47,159 nucleotides of DNA from Candidatus Enterousia sp. (GTDB taxonomy: Bacteria > Pseudomonadota > Alphaproteobacteria > Rs-D84). The translations under genes were made by a program, and so were the position numbers. The stretch is from the NCBI GenBank assembly GCA_045601765.1, contig JAZSAG010000062.1, forward strand, positions 1 through 47,159, written 5' to 3'. Shown here in pieces: positions 26,237 through 36,118 of the stretch. Each line of letters begins with the position of its first letter. Positions within the stretch are counted from its first letter, which is position 1. The notes beneath the pieces are model-generated. The model saw only the letters and a program-made list of their open reading frames with translations, was not told the origin of the DNA and made no database searches.

Positions 26237-26836
26237 TTATTTTATTTTCTTTAATTTTTCAATGAATGTTTGTGTGTATTCTGTGGCAGACCAAATGGAC
26301 GCAACCAGTGATGCCCAGATACCAACAATGCCGATATGTGGCAGGCTGTATATTGCAAATATCAACAGGCGACTGGATGAATCAGCGGATATCAGTGTGC
26401 TGATTGCAAACAATAACAAGAATGCCGCAATAGATATCATTTGAAATGTCGTTTTTATTTTTCCCATTGAAAAGCGTGCTTTGGGAACAGGCATTTCTAT
26501 TTTTTGTGTGCCCAAGAATTCACGCAGACCACTGATATACAGTTCACGCGATATCATCAATATTACAGGTATTGTGATAAACCATACGGGCATCATAATG
26601 GTCAACATAATCAATGTGTTAACGACCAATAATTTGTCGCCAATGTGGTCCATTACACCGCCAAGTTTTGTGCATACATCATATTTGCGTGCCAGGTATC
26701 CATCAAAAAAGTCAGACAGGGCCGCCAATGTATACAATATAAATGATGTCCAGTACCAGCCCATTATTAATGTTGGGATTATGGCAAAGGCCGCAAAAAT
26801 GCGAAACGCAGATAAAAAGTTTACAAAAAATTTCAT
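26237..26836 (-). CDS. pgsA: CDP-diacylglycerol--glycerol-3-phosphate 3-phosphatidyltransferase
   Basis: DFFDGYLAR...GGVMDHIGDK CDP-alcohol motif, RELYISGLRE, GKIKTTFQM; downstream of uvrC. Confidence 0.9.
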   Translation of the reverse strand: MKFFVNFLSAFRIFAAFAIIPTLIMGWYWTSFILYTLAALSDFFDGYLARKYDVCTKLGGVMDHIGDKLLVVNTLIMLTIMMPVWFITIPVILMISRELYISGLREFLGTQKIEMPVPKARFSMGKIKTTFQMISIAAFLLLFAISTLISADSSSRLLIFAIYSLPHIGIVGIWASLVASIWSATEYTQTFIEKLKKIK

Positions 26837-26883
26837 GTTATTTCTCCCTTGGTTATAAATCATGAATAATTCAATTATATCAT

Positions 26884-28302
26884 TTATTGATGAAAATGCG
26901 CATATATTTTTTTTGCCGCCGCATTACCCAGGCCGGGGACGTGTGTTAAGGCAGATAAATCTGCGTCTATAATCGCGTGCACAGAACCAAAGTGTTGTAA
27001 TAATGCGCGCTTTCTGGTTGGTCCGATGCCTTCTATTTCATCAAGTACGGATGCCGTCATTTGCTTTGCGCGTACGGATCGATGATACGTGATAACAAAT
27101 CTGTGTGCTTCGTCACGAACGCGACGCAACATCAAGAATAAAGGGCTGTCTTTTGGCAGGTCTGTTGATATGCGACCGTCTGGTAATATAAAGTGTTCGT
27201 CACCGTCACGGACCTCGCCCTTGGTGACACCCATGACAGGTATGTCGCCTGATGCGCGTTTTGCAATGTTCCATTGGGCGATGCCGCCGTCAACAATTAT
27301 TAAATCCAGTTTTGGACCGTGTTCGATTGCGCGTTGTACAAATTCAGACATCATGGCAATGTCATTTCCCGCACGTGTTTTGTCGTGCAGTTTAAAATGT
27401 CTGTATCCTGATTTTTCAAATCCATTATGACCAAATGTTATCATTGCGCCAACAGGACTTTTTCCAAATATATGTGAATTATCAAATACACCGGCTAAAT
27501 TGATTTTTATGTTTAACCATTGTTCTAAATCGGACACGTTTTTTGCCCAATCTAAATCTGATGTATACGCACGTTTTGTGCGTATACCGCGATTTGCAGT
27601 GTGTGTTAATGCGGATATTTTGTCGCGAATAATTGCGGCAGATTCAAAGTCTGTTTGCTGGGCAAAATGTTGCATTTGTTTTGTTAAATCTGAAATGATT
27701 GGTTCGCTGTCGCCGGTTAGAATTTTTCGCGCTGTACGCACGTTTTCTGCGTATTTTTGTTTGTTTGGATAACAACATGGTGCACTGCAACGGCCGATTT
27801 GGTGCAATAAACATGGACGTGATCTGTTGCGCATTTGTGTGTTTGTGCATGTACGCAATTGGCAAACTTTTTGTATTGTTTTTATTGTTTCGTTTAATGC
27901 AGATACAGATGGATAAGGGCCGTAAACGTCACGGCGTTGCGATATTTTTCCGCGAAATTTTAATAAACGTGGATATTCGTCATTGGTTAATGCCAACATA
28001 GGATACATCTTGCCGTCTGTCAGCATGATGTTATATTTTGGTTTTTGGGTTTTTATCAGTTCTTGTTCGCGAATAAGCGCGTCCGATTCGGTTGGAACAG
28101 TTTCCCATTCAATGTGTGAAACCAAAGACCGCATAACCTGTTTGTGTAATTCTAGTTTTGATATATCTTGGTATTGTCTAAGGCGGTTAGAAATGTTTTT
28201 TGCCTTGCCAACGTATAACAGGGTACCGGTCGCATCATACATTTTGTATATGCCAGGGGCGGCAGGTGCATTTTCAATTAAATCAGAAAATTGAATATTC
28301 AT
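26884..28302 (-). CDS. uvrC: Excinuclease ABC subunit C (compact, 472 aa)
   Basis: GIY-YIG (PGIYKM...YVGKAKN), RPCLLHQIGRCSAPC, FDNSH, DLIIVDGG, RDEAHRF, HhH motifs GIGPTR and GLG. Confidence 0.93.
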   Translation of the reverse strand: MNIQFSDLIENAPAAPGIYKMYDATGTLLYVGKAKNISNRLRQYQDISKLELHKQVMRSLVSHIEWETVPTESDALIREQELIKTQKPKYNIMLTDGKMYPMLALTNDEYPRLLKFRGKISQRRDVYGPYPSVSALNETIKTIQKVCQLRTCTNTQMRNRSRPCLLHQIGRCSAPCCYPNKQKYAENVRTARKILTGDSEPIISDLTKQMQHFAQQTDFESAAIIRDKISALTHTANRGIRTKRAYTSDLDWAKNVSDLEQWLNIKINLAGVFDNSHIFGKSPVGAMITFGHNGFEKSGYRHFKLHDKTRAGNDIAMMSEFVQRAIEHGPKLDLIIVDGGIAQWNIAKRASGDIPVMGVTKGEVRDGDEHFILPDGRISTDLPKDSPLFLMLRRVRDEAHRFVITYHRSVRAKQMTASVLDEIEGIGPTRKRALLQHFGSVHAIIDADLSALTHVPGLGNAAAKKIYAHFHQ

Positions 28303-28352
28303 GTCTTTTATGATAGAATATTAATTGTTAAATAGCAAACAGAGGTTAAAAT

Positions 28353-28817
28353 ATGAGACAAGAATCTGGACGTTCAATGATTGAAATGTTGGGTGTGTTG
28401 GCAATTATGGGGGTTATTACGGTTGGGGCAATTGGTATGATTTCAACCGCAATGCGTACACAAAAACTGACAACTGTGAATGACGAAGTTGTTCAAATGG
28501 TGACCATGGTCCGCACAATACATGGTGAATATGATGACTTTTCTGCAATGAACGGGTCAACAATATTTGGTGCAATTGGCATGTCAGATACAAATCCGTA
28601 TGGCGGAAAATATATGTTGTCTGTTGATCCATCAAATGCGCATCAATTCATAGTGACAATCGATGGGTTGGCAAAAAATGAATGCGAGGCATTATTGACC
28701 AAGGCATGGTCCGATTCGGTTGAATACAGATTGTCCGGTGGAAAAAACGGTGGCGCCACAGGCAGTTGTAATGGTGGCAGTGCAACTAACTATGTTCAGA
28801 TAACGTACGGCGAATAA
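28353..28817 (+). CDS. Type IV pilin (PilS-like)
   Basis: Class III signal MRQESG|RSMIEMLGVLAIMGVITVGAI with Glu at +5; NPYGG; two Cys in the C-terminal half. Confidence 0.85.
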   Translation: MRQESGRSMIEMLGVLAIMGVITVGAIGMISTAMRTQKLTTVNDEVVQMVTMVRTIHGEYDDFSAMNGSTIFGAIGMSDTNPYGGKYMLSVDPSNAHQFIVTIDGLAKNECEALLTKAWSDSVEYRLSGGKNGGATGSCNGGSATNYVQITYGE

Positions 28818-28835
28818 GACCCAAATAATAGTGGG

Positions 28836-29816
28836 GTGGTAACGGTGGCAGAATTTATCACTATTTCCCAGGTCGAAGATGGTGTTCGGTTGTTGCGATG
28901 GTTTGTGCGACAATTTCCGTCTATGCCGCAAAAAGATTTCTATAAATTGTGTCGTGGTGGGCAAATTCGTGTAAATTCAAAACGTGTGCGGGGTACGGAA
29001 ATACTGCGTACGGGTGATGTCGTTCGTGTGCCGCCAACCGTTGCAAGTTATAGTCAGGTTCGCAGTAAAAAAACAGAAAATGGCGAACGGTTTTCTTTGT
29101 CTGATTTAGAAGAACTTAGAAAATGTATTATTCATAATGACGATGATATTGTTGTGTTTAACAAGCCTGCTGGATTGGCGGTGCAGGGTGGAACAGGTAT
29201 CAGAAAGTCTGTGGATAAAATGGCCAGTGCATTGTTCCCGTATGATAAAATATCACTGGTACATCGTTTGGATAAAGAAACAAGCGGGGTTTTAGTCGTC
29301 GCAAAAAATCAACGTGCTGCACAAAAATTAGCTGAGGCATTTCAAAGCAAAACAGCGCATAAGGAATATTTGGCATTGTTAAATGGTGATGTGTTTCCAA
29401 AATCTGGGGTAATTGATAATTATATGGTTAAGGGCCAGGTGTTTGACGAACCGCAACGTATCAATAATGGTACAGGACAGCGTCCACAACGCGCAATTAC
29501 AGAATACAAGGTTTTGTCACAGGCGTCTGGGTGTGTGTCTTGGGTGCAATTTTCACCGAAAACCGGGCGTACACATCAATTACGGTTGCATAGTGCGTTG
29601 TCTTTGAACGCGCCAATTGTTGGTGATGATTTGTACGGACGGGATAAAAAAATAGATGATTTATTAATGTCTATGTTGGAAACAAAAAATTTGTTCTTGT
29701 TTGCGTATAAAATAACTTTTCAGCATCCGTCATCAGGTCGTGTTATGACGTTGCGTGCGACGGTACCTGATTTTATGTTGCCGGTGATGAAATTGTTGGA
29801 ATTTAATTTGCCATGA
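28836..29816 (+). CDS. rluC: RluA-family pseudouridine synthase (RluC-like)
   Basis: S4 domain (GQIRVN.KR...GDVVRVPP), NKPAGLAVQGG, HRLDKETSG, TGRTHQLR, IVGDDLYG. Confidence 0.85.
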   Translation: MVTVAEFITISQVEDGVRLLRWFVRQFPSMPQKDFYKLCRGGQIRVNSKRVRGTEILRTGDVVRVPPTVASYSQVRSKKTENGERFSLSDLEELRKCIIHNDDDIVVFNKPAGLAVQGGTGIRKSVDKMASALFPYDKISLVHRLDKETSGVLVVAKNQRAAQKLAEAFQSKTAHKEYLALLNGDVFPKSGVIDNYMVKGQVFDEPQRINNGTGQRPQRAITEYKVLSQASGCVSWVQFSPKTGRTHQLRLHSALSLNAPIVGDDLYGRDKKIDDLLMSMLETKNLFLFAYKITFQHPSSGRVMTLRATVPDFMLPVMKLLEFNLP

Positions 29817-31876
29817 GAACAGCAGGAAGTGTGTTTTTTACCGCAATTAGAATGTTCACAATTATTTTTGTGGTGCTGGTTATGGCGCTGGTTGTGGCAC
29901 TTAGCCAGGTAAATCTTGACAGTTTGCGCAGTGGTATTGTTACCGTGTTGCAAGATGCAACGGGTTTGCCGGTGCAAATAAATGGCGCGGTGTCTTGGAA
30001 ATTGTCTTTGCAACCGCAGATAGAGTTAAATAGTGTATGTGTTGAAAATGCATCTTGGGCAAAAAGTAAATGTGCGTACAGTGCAGATAAAATAGATGTT
30101 AGGTTAAATTTAGTTTCTTTGTTTCGTAATAAACCGACAATTCATAATATCAAACTGTATAATGTGAAAATAGATATAGAAGAAAATAAACAGGGTGAAT
30201 ATTCGGCACCGAAATTTCAGGCGTTTGAAACGACAGATGTCGCAGTCGGTCAGAATGAAAAATATCCGTTCAAAGATATGGGATTTGGTGGCGTTGAAAT
30301 AAAAAACCTGGATGCAAAGATTTTGAAAAAAAGGTATCAGTTGGCGGGATTTAATATTCGTATGAATGAAAAAAAAGATACCCGCGAATATTCTGGGTGG
30401 CTTAAAATTAATAAAGACGTATTGCCATTTATTATTTCTATGTCGGAATATAACCCAGAACGTAAAATTTATCCGTTGCAAATGGCGATATCAACAGGGG
30501 GGGATGCGTTAATCGCAAATGTTGCATTGGAAGGAACCAGCAGATTACCCATAGATTTTATTATCAAAGGCGATTTGCCAGATATGACAATGATTGGTGA
30601 TTTTTATGATGTGGATTTGTCGCAGATAAAAAATATCAGTGTAAATATTGCAGGTGGATTTGATAGAAAAAAGCTGATTTTACGTAAATCTGATATTGTA
30701 ATTCGTAATACGAAAATTGGATTTTCTGGTGATTATGATTGGGCAAAAGAAAAAGATGTTATCAATTTAAATGTTTCTTCCAAGAAATTGAATTTACAAG
30801 ATGTGTTCCCGAATTTATATGGACGCTATATCATAATTAAAAATCGTAAGTTGAATGTATTTAAAGATATTCCGTTGTTCGGTAAGGCGTTTGTTGATAA
30901 AACAATAAATTTAAATCTGAATTTGGACAGATTTATAATGTATCGTGATTTAGATATACAAAATATGCATTTGCAATTAAAGGCGCAAAACAATCATGTG
31001 CGAATCGATTCGGATTTGTCTTTTGCCAAGGGTGATATAGATTTTGCCATAGATGCCGATGTGGATAAAGATGGACATATCTGGTCAACGGTGGCTTTTG
31101 CCGGGCAAAATGTACAGGTGGGAAATATTTTGCAAGAAGTGCATATAAATGACTTTTTATCAGAAATGCCTGTGAATATTGATGTTTTTGTCCAGGCAAA
31201 TGGTAAGAATCTGTCCGATATTATGGCTACGGTATCGGGGCCTGTTCAGGTGTATGCCGTGGGGGCGGGGTATGCGCATTCAGCGTTGGTGTCTTATGTT
31301 TATGGTGCGGATTTTTTAACTTCGCTTAGACATAGTATTGAAGATCTGTTTAGTTCCGAGAAAAAACATAATCAGATAAAGGTGTCGTGTATGGCACTGA
31401 ATGCTAAATTGCGTAATGGTGTGTTTGATTCGCAAAATGGATTCGCAATTGAAACAAATGCGATAAATATCAGATTGGCCGGTAATTTAAATCTGGGTGA
31501 AGAAGAAATGAATTTATCTTTGACCACGGTTCCTGTGCGTGGGTTGAAATTATCTTTGACGGGAAATGTTGTTAATTCTGTCGCATTAAAGGGAGATTTG
31601 GCACAGCCTGATATAAATATAAGTGGTGCATCTGTTGCGGGCAAGGTTGCATCTGCAACAGGATTGGGGTTGTTGTTGGCGCCACTGACGGGGGGGATTA
31701 GTTTGGTCGCCGGGGCGGGAATAGGATTGGTCGCGGGGGATTTGTTAGAAAACTGGCTGGCAGATGATAAGCCCTGTAAGACCGCGATGGAAGAAGGGGC
31801 GCCGGTTTATGATGATGACCCAGAATGGTTTAGTGTGCCTGTTGCTGATTTGATTCAGGGTATGTTGGCAAGATAG
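29813..31876 (+). CDS. AsmA family protein
   Basis: N-terminal TM followed by 'LQDATGLPVQING.VSWKLSLQPQIEL'; beta-rich body; C-terminal 'GNLNL..E.MNLSL...LKGDLAQPDI' with Gly-rich amphipathic helices. Confidence 0.8.
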   Translation: MRTAGSVFFTAIRMFTIIFVVLVMALVVALSQVNLDSLRSGIVTVLQDATGLPVQINGAVSWKLSLQPQIELNSVCVENASWAKSKCAYSADKIDVRLNLVSLFRNKPTIHNIKLYNVKIDIEENKQGEYSAPKFQAFETTDVAVGQNEKYPFKDMGFGGVEIKNLDAKILKKRYQLAGFNIRMNEKKDTREYSGWLKINKDVLPFIISMSEYNPERKIYPLQMAISTGGDALIANVALEGTSRLPIDFIIKGDLPDMTMIGDFYDVDLSQIKNISVNIAGGFDRKKLILRKSDIVIRNTKIGFSGDYDWAKEKDVINLNVSSKKLNLQDVFPNLYGRYIIIKNRKLNVFKDIPLFGKAFVDKTINLNLNLDRFIMYRDLDIQNMHLQLKAQNNHVRIDSDLSFAKGDIDFAIDADVDKDGHIWSTVAFAGQNVQVGNILQEVHINDFLSEMPVNIDVFVQANGKNLSDIMATVSGPVQVYAVGAGYAHSALVSYVYGADFLTSLRHSIEDLFSSEKKHNQIKVSCMALNAKLRNGVFDSQNGFAIETNAINIRLAGNLNLGEEEMNLSLTTVPVRGLKLSLTGNVVNSVALKGDLAQPDINISGASVAGKVASATGLGLLLAPLTGGISLVAGAGIGLVAGDLLENWLADDKPCKTAMEEGAPVYDDDPEWFSVPVADLIQGMLAR

Positions 31877-32008
31877 TTTTTCTGTAATTTTTTATCTTTT
31901 TGTGTTTTTGGGCGCTTTTGGTCTTGCACCGAATCGGTGTTTTTTGGTAAAGTTGTTGCAAAGAGTGTAGGAAAACACACGTAAAATAAAAGGAAACAGG
32001 AGCATATA

Positions 32009-33127
32009 ATGGAATTTTCAGTATTTCGTCAGGTTTTGATACGTGCGCTGGGGCATATGCAGTCCATTGTTGAAAAACGTGCAACACTGCCGATATTGAT
32101 GAATGTTAAAATAGAAGCAGCAGATGATTTGATTTTGTCTGCAACAAATGTTGATTTGGAATTGGTTGAACATGTGGCGGCCGATATTACACTGGGGGGT
32201 AAGATTACGGTCCCTGTACAGATGTTGTATGACATTGTTCGTAAATTGCCAGATGACGCAGAGATATCTTTTAAACAATCTGGTGATCAATTGGTTGTGT
32301 CCAGTGGCCGCGCGGTATTTCGTTTGCCAACATTGCCTGCGGAAAATTTCCCGGCAATGGCGGGCAGCAATTTGACAACTAAATTTCAAATGACAACTGG
32401 TGATTTGGCGCACTTGATCAATCAGACAAAGTTTGCAATACCAACTGATGATGTGCGATATCATTTGGGGGGAATTTATTTCCATATATCTGATGATGCA
32501 GATGTAAAAAAATTGACAGCCGTGGCAACAGATGCACAACGTATGGCGTTGTGTGCAATGCCTGCGCCGGCGGGTAGTAGCGAAATGCCGGCGGTTATTT
32601 TGCCAAGACGTGTCATCGGCGAATTGTCTAAGTTGTTAGAAGATGCAAACGTAGACGATGTTATGGTTGAATTGTCTGATACCAAGGCACGTTTTACGGT
32701 TGGGGCGGCGACTTTGACCAGCAAATTGGTTGATGCGCAATATCCAAATTATCGCGTCGTTATTCCAAAGGGTAATGACAAGATTGCGGTTCTGGATAGA
32801 AAGCAGTTTATCAATGCGGTTGATTTGGTATCTGTGGCCAGTGTTGATAAAACAAAATCTGTACAATTGACATTCAGTATGAACAAGTTGGTAATCAATG
32901 CGTCCAGTCCAGATGCCGGTACCGCAACCCAGGAATTAGATATTGAATACAATGATGATGCGTCATTTACAGTTGTGTTTAATGTAAAGTTCTTGTTGGA
33001 TGTTGCCGGCCAGGTTGAAGGCGATAAGTTCCAAATGGAAATGCAAGACCCATTGGCGCCAACAAAAATAAATTCAACGGATCAAAATACAGATGCGCTG
33101 TATGTACTGATGCCGATGAGAATGTAG
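32009..33127 (+). CDS. dnaN: DNA polymerase III beta clamp
   Basis: LPILMNVKI, ATNVDLE, RYHLGGIY, VATDAQRMA, SKLVDAQYPNY, YVLMPMR. Confidence 0.96.
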   Translation: MEFSVFRQVLIRALGHMQSIVEKRATLPILMNVKIEAADDLILSATNVDLELVEHVAADITLGGKITVPVQMLYDIVRKLPDDAEISFKQSGDQLVVSSGRAVFRLPTLPAENFPAMAGSNLTTKFQMTTGDLAHLINQTKFAIPTDDVRYHLGGIYFHISDDADVKKLTAVATDAQRMALCAMPAPAGSSEMPAVILPRRVIGELSKLLEDANVDDVMVELSDTKARFTVGAATLTSKLVDAQYPNYRVVIPKGNDKIAVLDRKQFINAVDLVSVASVDKTKSVQLTFSMNKLVINASSPDAGTATQELDIEYNDDASFTVVFNVKFLLDVAGQVEGDKFQMEMQDPLAPTKINSTDQNTDALYVLMPMRM

Positions 33128-33132
33128 GAGAG

Positions 33133-33160
33133 AAAAAAATCCGCCAACGGCGGATTTTTT
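33133..33160. terminator. Intrinsic terminator after dnaN
   Basis: AAAAAAATCCGCC-AAC-GGCGGATTTTTT. Confidence 0.85.
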
Positions 33161-33225
33161 AAGGCCGTGTTGCAAATCTTGTTTTTTGTGATACGATTGT
33201 TTGTCGATAATAAATAGGAGTAATT

Positions 33226-33768
33226 ATGACATTAAATGAAATCACACCAGGGGCAAATCCGCCAAAACAAATGAATGCTATTATAGAAGTGCCCGAAGGC
33301 GGTTATGTAAAGTATGAAATTAATAAAGAAACAGGACTGTTAAAGGCAGACAGAATTTTACATACACCAATGGCATATCCGGCGAACTATGGTTATTTTC
33401 CGGGAACGTTGGGCGATGATGGTGATCCGTTGGATTGTGTAGTCGTTTGTAATGCGCCGTTGCGTCCAGGTATTTTGATCGAGGTCAGACCAATCGGGGC
33501 ACTGGTTATGGAAGACCAGGCCGGTGGCGATGAAAAAATTATCTGTGTGCCATTGGACAAGGTTGATCCTTTTTATACAGATACAGAATTTATTGAACAA
33601 CTGCCAAAAATTTTGCGGTCCAAAATAAAATATTTCTTTCAGCATTACAAAGATTTACAACCGCATGCATGGTCCAAGGTCGTTGGATGGGCAGATAGAC
33701 AGACGGCGGATAAACTGATTATGGACAGTATTGATCGGTATTGGACGCATAAACGCCAGTCGCAATAA
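33226..33768 (+). CDS. ppa: Inorganic pyrophosphatase (family I)
   Basis: VKYE, YPANYG, DGDPLD, MEDQAGGDEK, FFQHYKDL. Confidence 0.96.
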   Translation: MTLNEITPGANPPKQMNAIIEVPEGGYVKYEINKETGLLKADRILHTPMAYPANYGYFPGTLGDDGDPLDCVVVCNAPLRPGILIEVRPIGALVMEDQAGGDEKIICVPLDKVDPFYTDTEFIEQLPKILRSKIKYFFQHYKDLQPHAWSKVVGWADRQTADKLIMDSIDRYWTHKRQSQ

Positions 33769-33831
33769 AAACTTGCGTTGCGAATTATAATTCTTATAAT
33801 CCAAACAGTTAATTAACAAGAGGTATTTATT

Positions 33832-34401
33832 ATGGCATCTTATATTGCAAATGATATGCGTGTTGGTTGGGTGATTTCCCACAACGGTAAACGTTATTCT
33901 GTGACATCAATTACCAAGGTGAAACCGGGCAAGGGTGGCGCGTTTGTTCAGGCCGACTTGCGTGATATTGATTCTGGCAACAAAGGTGGTGACCGTTGGC
34001 GCGCAGAGGATAAGGTTGAAAAATTGATGGTCGAAGATATTGATTGTCAATATCTGTATGCAGACGGCACAGATGCGTTCTTTATGAATTTGTCTGATTA
34101 TGAACAGTTCACAATGCCGGTGGATTCTTTGGGTGAAATGATGAAATTCTTGGTGCCTGAAATGACGGTCAAGGCAAACTTTGTAGAAGGTCAACCGGTA
34201 TCTATTACTTTGCCAAAAACAGTTATTGCGACTGTTGAAGAAACAGAACCTGCATTAAAAGGTCAAACTGTTTCCAGCAGCGGTGGTAAACCGGCCATCT
34301 TGGATAATGGCGTTCGTGTTCAAGTCCCGCTGTTTATTGAACAAGGTGAAAGGATTGTGGTTAATACTGAGACCTTGGAATACGTAGAACGTGCAAAATA
34401 A
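33832..34401 (+). CDS. efp: Elongation factor P
   Basis: VKPGKGGAFVQ, YLYADG, KPAILDNG..VQVPLFI..GE.I.VNT....YVER. Confidence 0.96.
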   Translation: MASYIANDMRVGWVISHNGKRYSVTSITKVKPGKGGAFVQADLRDIDSGNKGGDRWRAEDKVEKLMVEDIDCQYLYADGTDAFFMNLSDYEQFTMPVDSLGEMMKFLVPEMTVKANFVEGQPVSITLPKTVIATVEETEPALKGQTVSSSGGKPAILDNGVRVQVPLFIEQGERIVVNTETLEYVERAK

Positions 34402-34605
34402 ATTATAATAATTCATCTACACGCGGTGCCGGCAACTTATGTAACACTTGTACACTACGTTGCCGGCACTGCGTGTATCTAAATCATTCTAATTTATTTT
34501 TATTTATCGGATAATAATTCATCTAAAATTAAAACGGGAATCTTATGTAGCGTTTGTACACTACGTTGTCGGCACTGCGCGTATCTAAATCATTCTAGTT
34601 TATTT
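34395..34605. repeat. Second cluster of the same palindromic element family
   Basis: Full hairpin at 34395-34500 (stem CACGCGGTGCCGGCAAC), then a chimeric copy at ~34511-34605. 34457-34565 is nearly identical to 16021-16129. Confidence 0.88.
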
Positions 34606-34609
34606 AAGT

Positions 34610-35551
34610 TTAAATTGTATTTTCTGAACCCATGATATTTCTGATTTCGTCAATGCATATTTGGGTCATAGATTGGCGGGCGTTGGTTAAAAATTCACGT
34701 GGGTTAAAATTTGATGGATTGTCATGCAATGATTTGCGGGTTGCGGCGGTAAAGGCCAGACGCAGGTCACTGTCTACGTTTATTTTACATACGTTCATTT
34801 TTGTTGCACGGCGCAGTTGTGTTTCAGATATGCCCAATGCGCCAGTTATTTTTCCGCCAAATTCATTTATTGTGGTCAGTAATTTTTGCGGTATGTTTGA
34901 TGCACCGTGCAATACCAATGGAAATTTTGGCAGGCGAAGTGCAATGTCGGCCAGGATATCAAAACGCAAATCTTCGCTTTCGCGTTTTCTTTTGTATGCG
35001 CCATGGCTGGTCCCGATGGCGATGGCCAGCGAATCGATATTTGTTGCAGCAATAAATTTTTCTACGTCATCTGGGTTTGTATAATTAACTGTGCCAAATG
35101 TATTTTCATCTTCTATGCCGCCCAGTGTCCCCAGTTCTGATTCGACAGATACGTTGTGTTTGTGTGCAAAATCAACAACCTGCTTGGTTATATCAATGTT
35201 TTCTGTGAATGGTTTTGCGCTGGCGTCAATCATGACGGATGAAAAGCCTAATTCAATCGCGTTCTTGCATGCGTCAATACTGGCCCCATGGTCCAGGTGC
35301 AGGGCGATATTATCGTCTGGGGTCAGGTGTGCGCCCTGAATCATGCCTATTAGCATTTCTGGTGACATATATTTCATTGCAGATTCTGATACGGCCAAGA
35401 TAACCGGACTGTGTGTAATGCGGGCGGCGTCCAAGATTGCCGTCAATGTTTCCATATTATAGAAATTAAATGCGGGTACCGCATAGTTACCGGCCAGGGC
35501 GTCTGAAAACATTTGTGTGGTATTTACTAAACCAAGTTCTGTGTATTTCAT
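34610..35551 (-). CDS. fba: Class II fructose-bisphosphate aldolase
   Basis: AVPAFN, LHLDHG, GFSSVMIDAS, ESELG, LAIAIGTSHGAYK, LVLHGAS, KINVDSDLR. Confidence 0.95.
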   Translation of the reverse strand: MKYTELGLVNTTQMFSDALAGNYAVPAFNFYNMETLTAILDAARITHSPVILAVSESAMKYMSPEMLIGMIQGAHLTPDDNIALHLDHGASIDACKNAIELGFSSVMIDASAKPFTENIDITKQVVDFAHKHNVSVESELGTLGGIEDENTFGTVNYTNPDDVEKFIAATNIDSLAIAIGTSHGAYKRKRESEDLRFDILADIALRLPKFPLVLHGASNIPQKLLTTINEFGGKITGALGISETQLRRATKMNVCKINVDSDLRLAFTAATRKSLHDNPSNFNPREFLTNARQSMTQICIDEIRNIMGSENTI

Positions 35552-35696
35552 TGATAAATCCTTTTATTGATGAATTATAGCATATTTTGTTGGAAATATT
35601 GATTTTTTATTCTAAAAACTTGACAAGTGATATTGTTGTGCAACAATTGCCATGTAAGCGGGAGCGGGATAGAGCCTTTACACACAGGGGTGTACA

Positions 35697-36026
35697 ATGA
35701 AAAAAACTTTGTTTGCATTGATTGCGTTTGCTTTGACTGTTGGTTGTTCTTCGTATGAATACTATCGTGGTGATGTGCGTTATGTCCAAGATGGAACAGA
35801 TTGCGTGTTTACATCTGTTGAACAGGGTGATCATTATTCTGATGAAATTCGTACATTGGATATAGATAAAGAAATTGTGTATCGTCACACAAAATGTCGT
35901 GATTTATATCACCGTGATAATATCGGACAAAAGCCACGCACAGAACGCCATGTCTTGAAACCGGTTGACAAGAAAGATTGCGGTTGCAAGAAAAATGCTA
36001 AAAAGACATATGTTTTTGTGAAATAA
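35697..36026 (+). CDS. Hypothetical lipoprotein
   Basis: Lipobox TVG|C; 109 aa; followed by a terminator. Confidence 0.75.
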   Translation: MKKTLFALIAFALTVGCSSYEYYRGDVRYVQDGTDCVFTSVEQGDHYSDEIRTLDIDKEIVYRHTKCRDLYHRDNIGQKPRTERHVLKPVDKKDCGCKKNAKKTYVFVK

Positions 36027-36053
36027 AAAAATGTCCCAAATGGGACATTTTTT
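36025..36053. terminator. Intrinsic terminator
   Basis: AAAAAAATGTCCC-AAAT-GGGACATTTTTT. Confidence 0.85.
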
Positions 36054-36118
36054 ATTTGTAATATTATTGAAATAGTTTGTTTTTTATGATAAAATCATAG
36101 AAAAGAAAGGGGTTTGAT

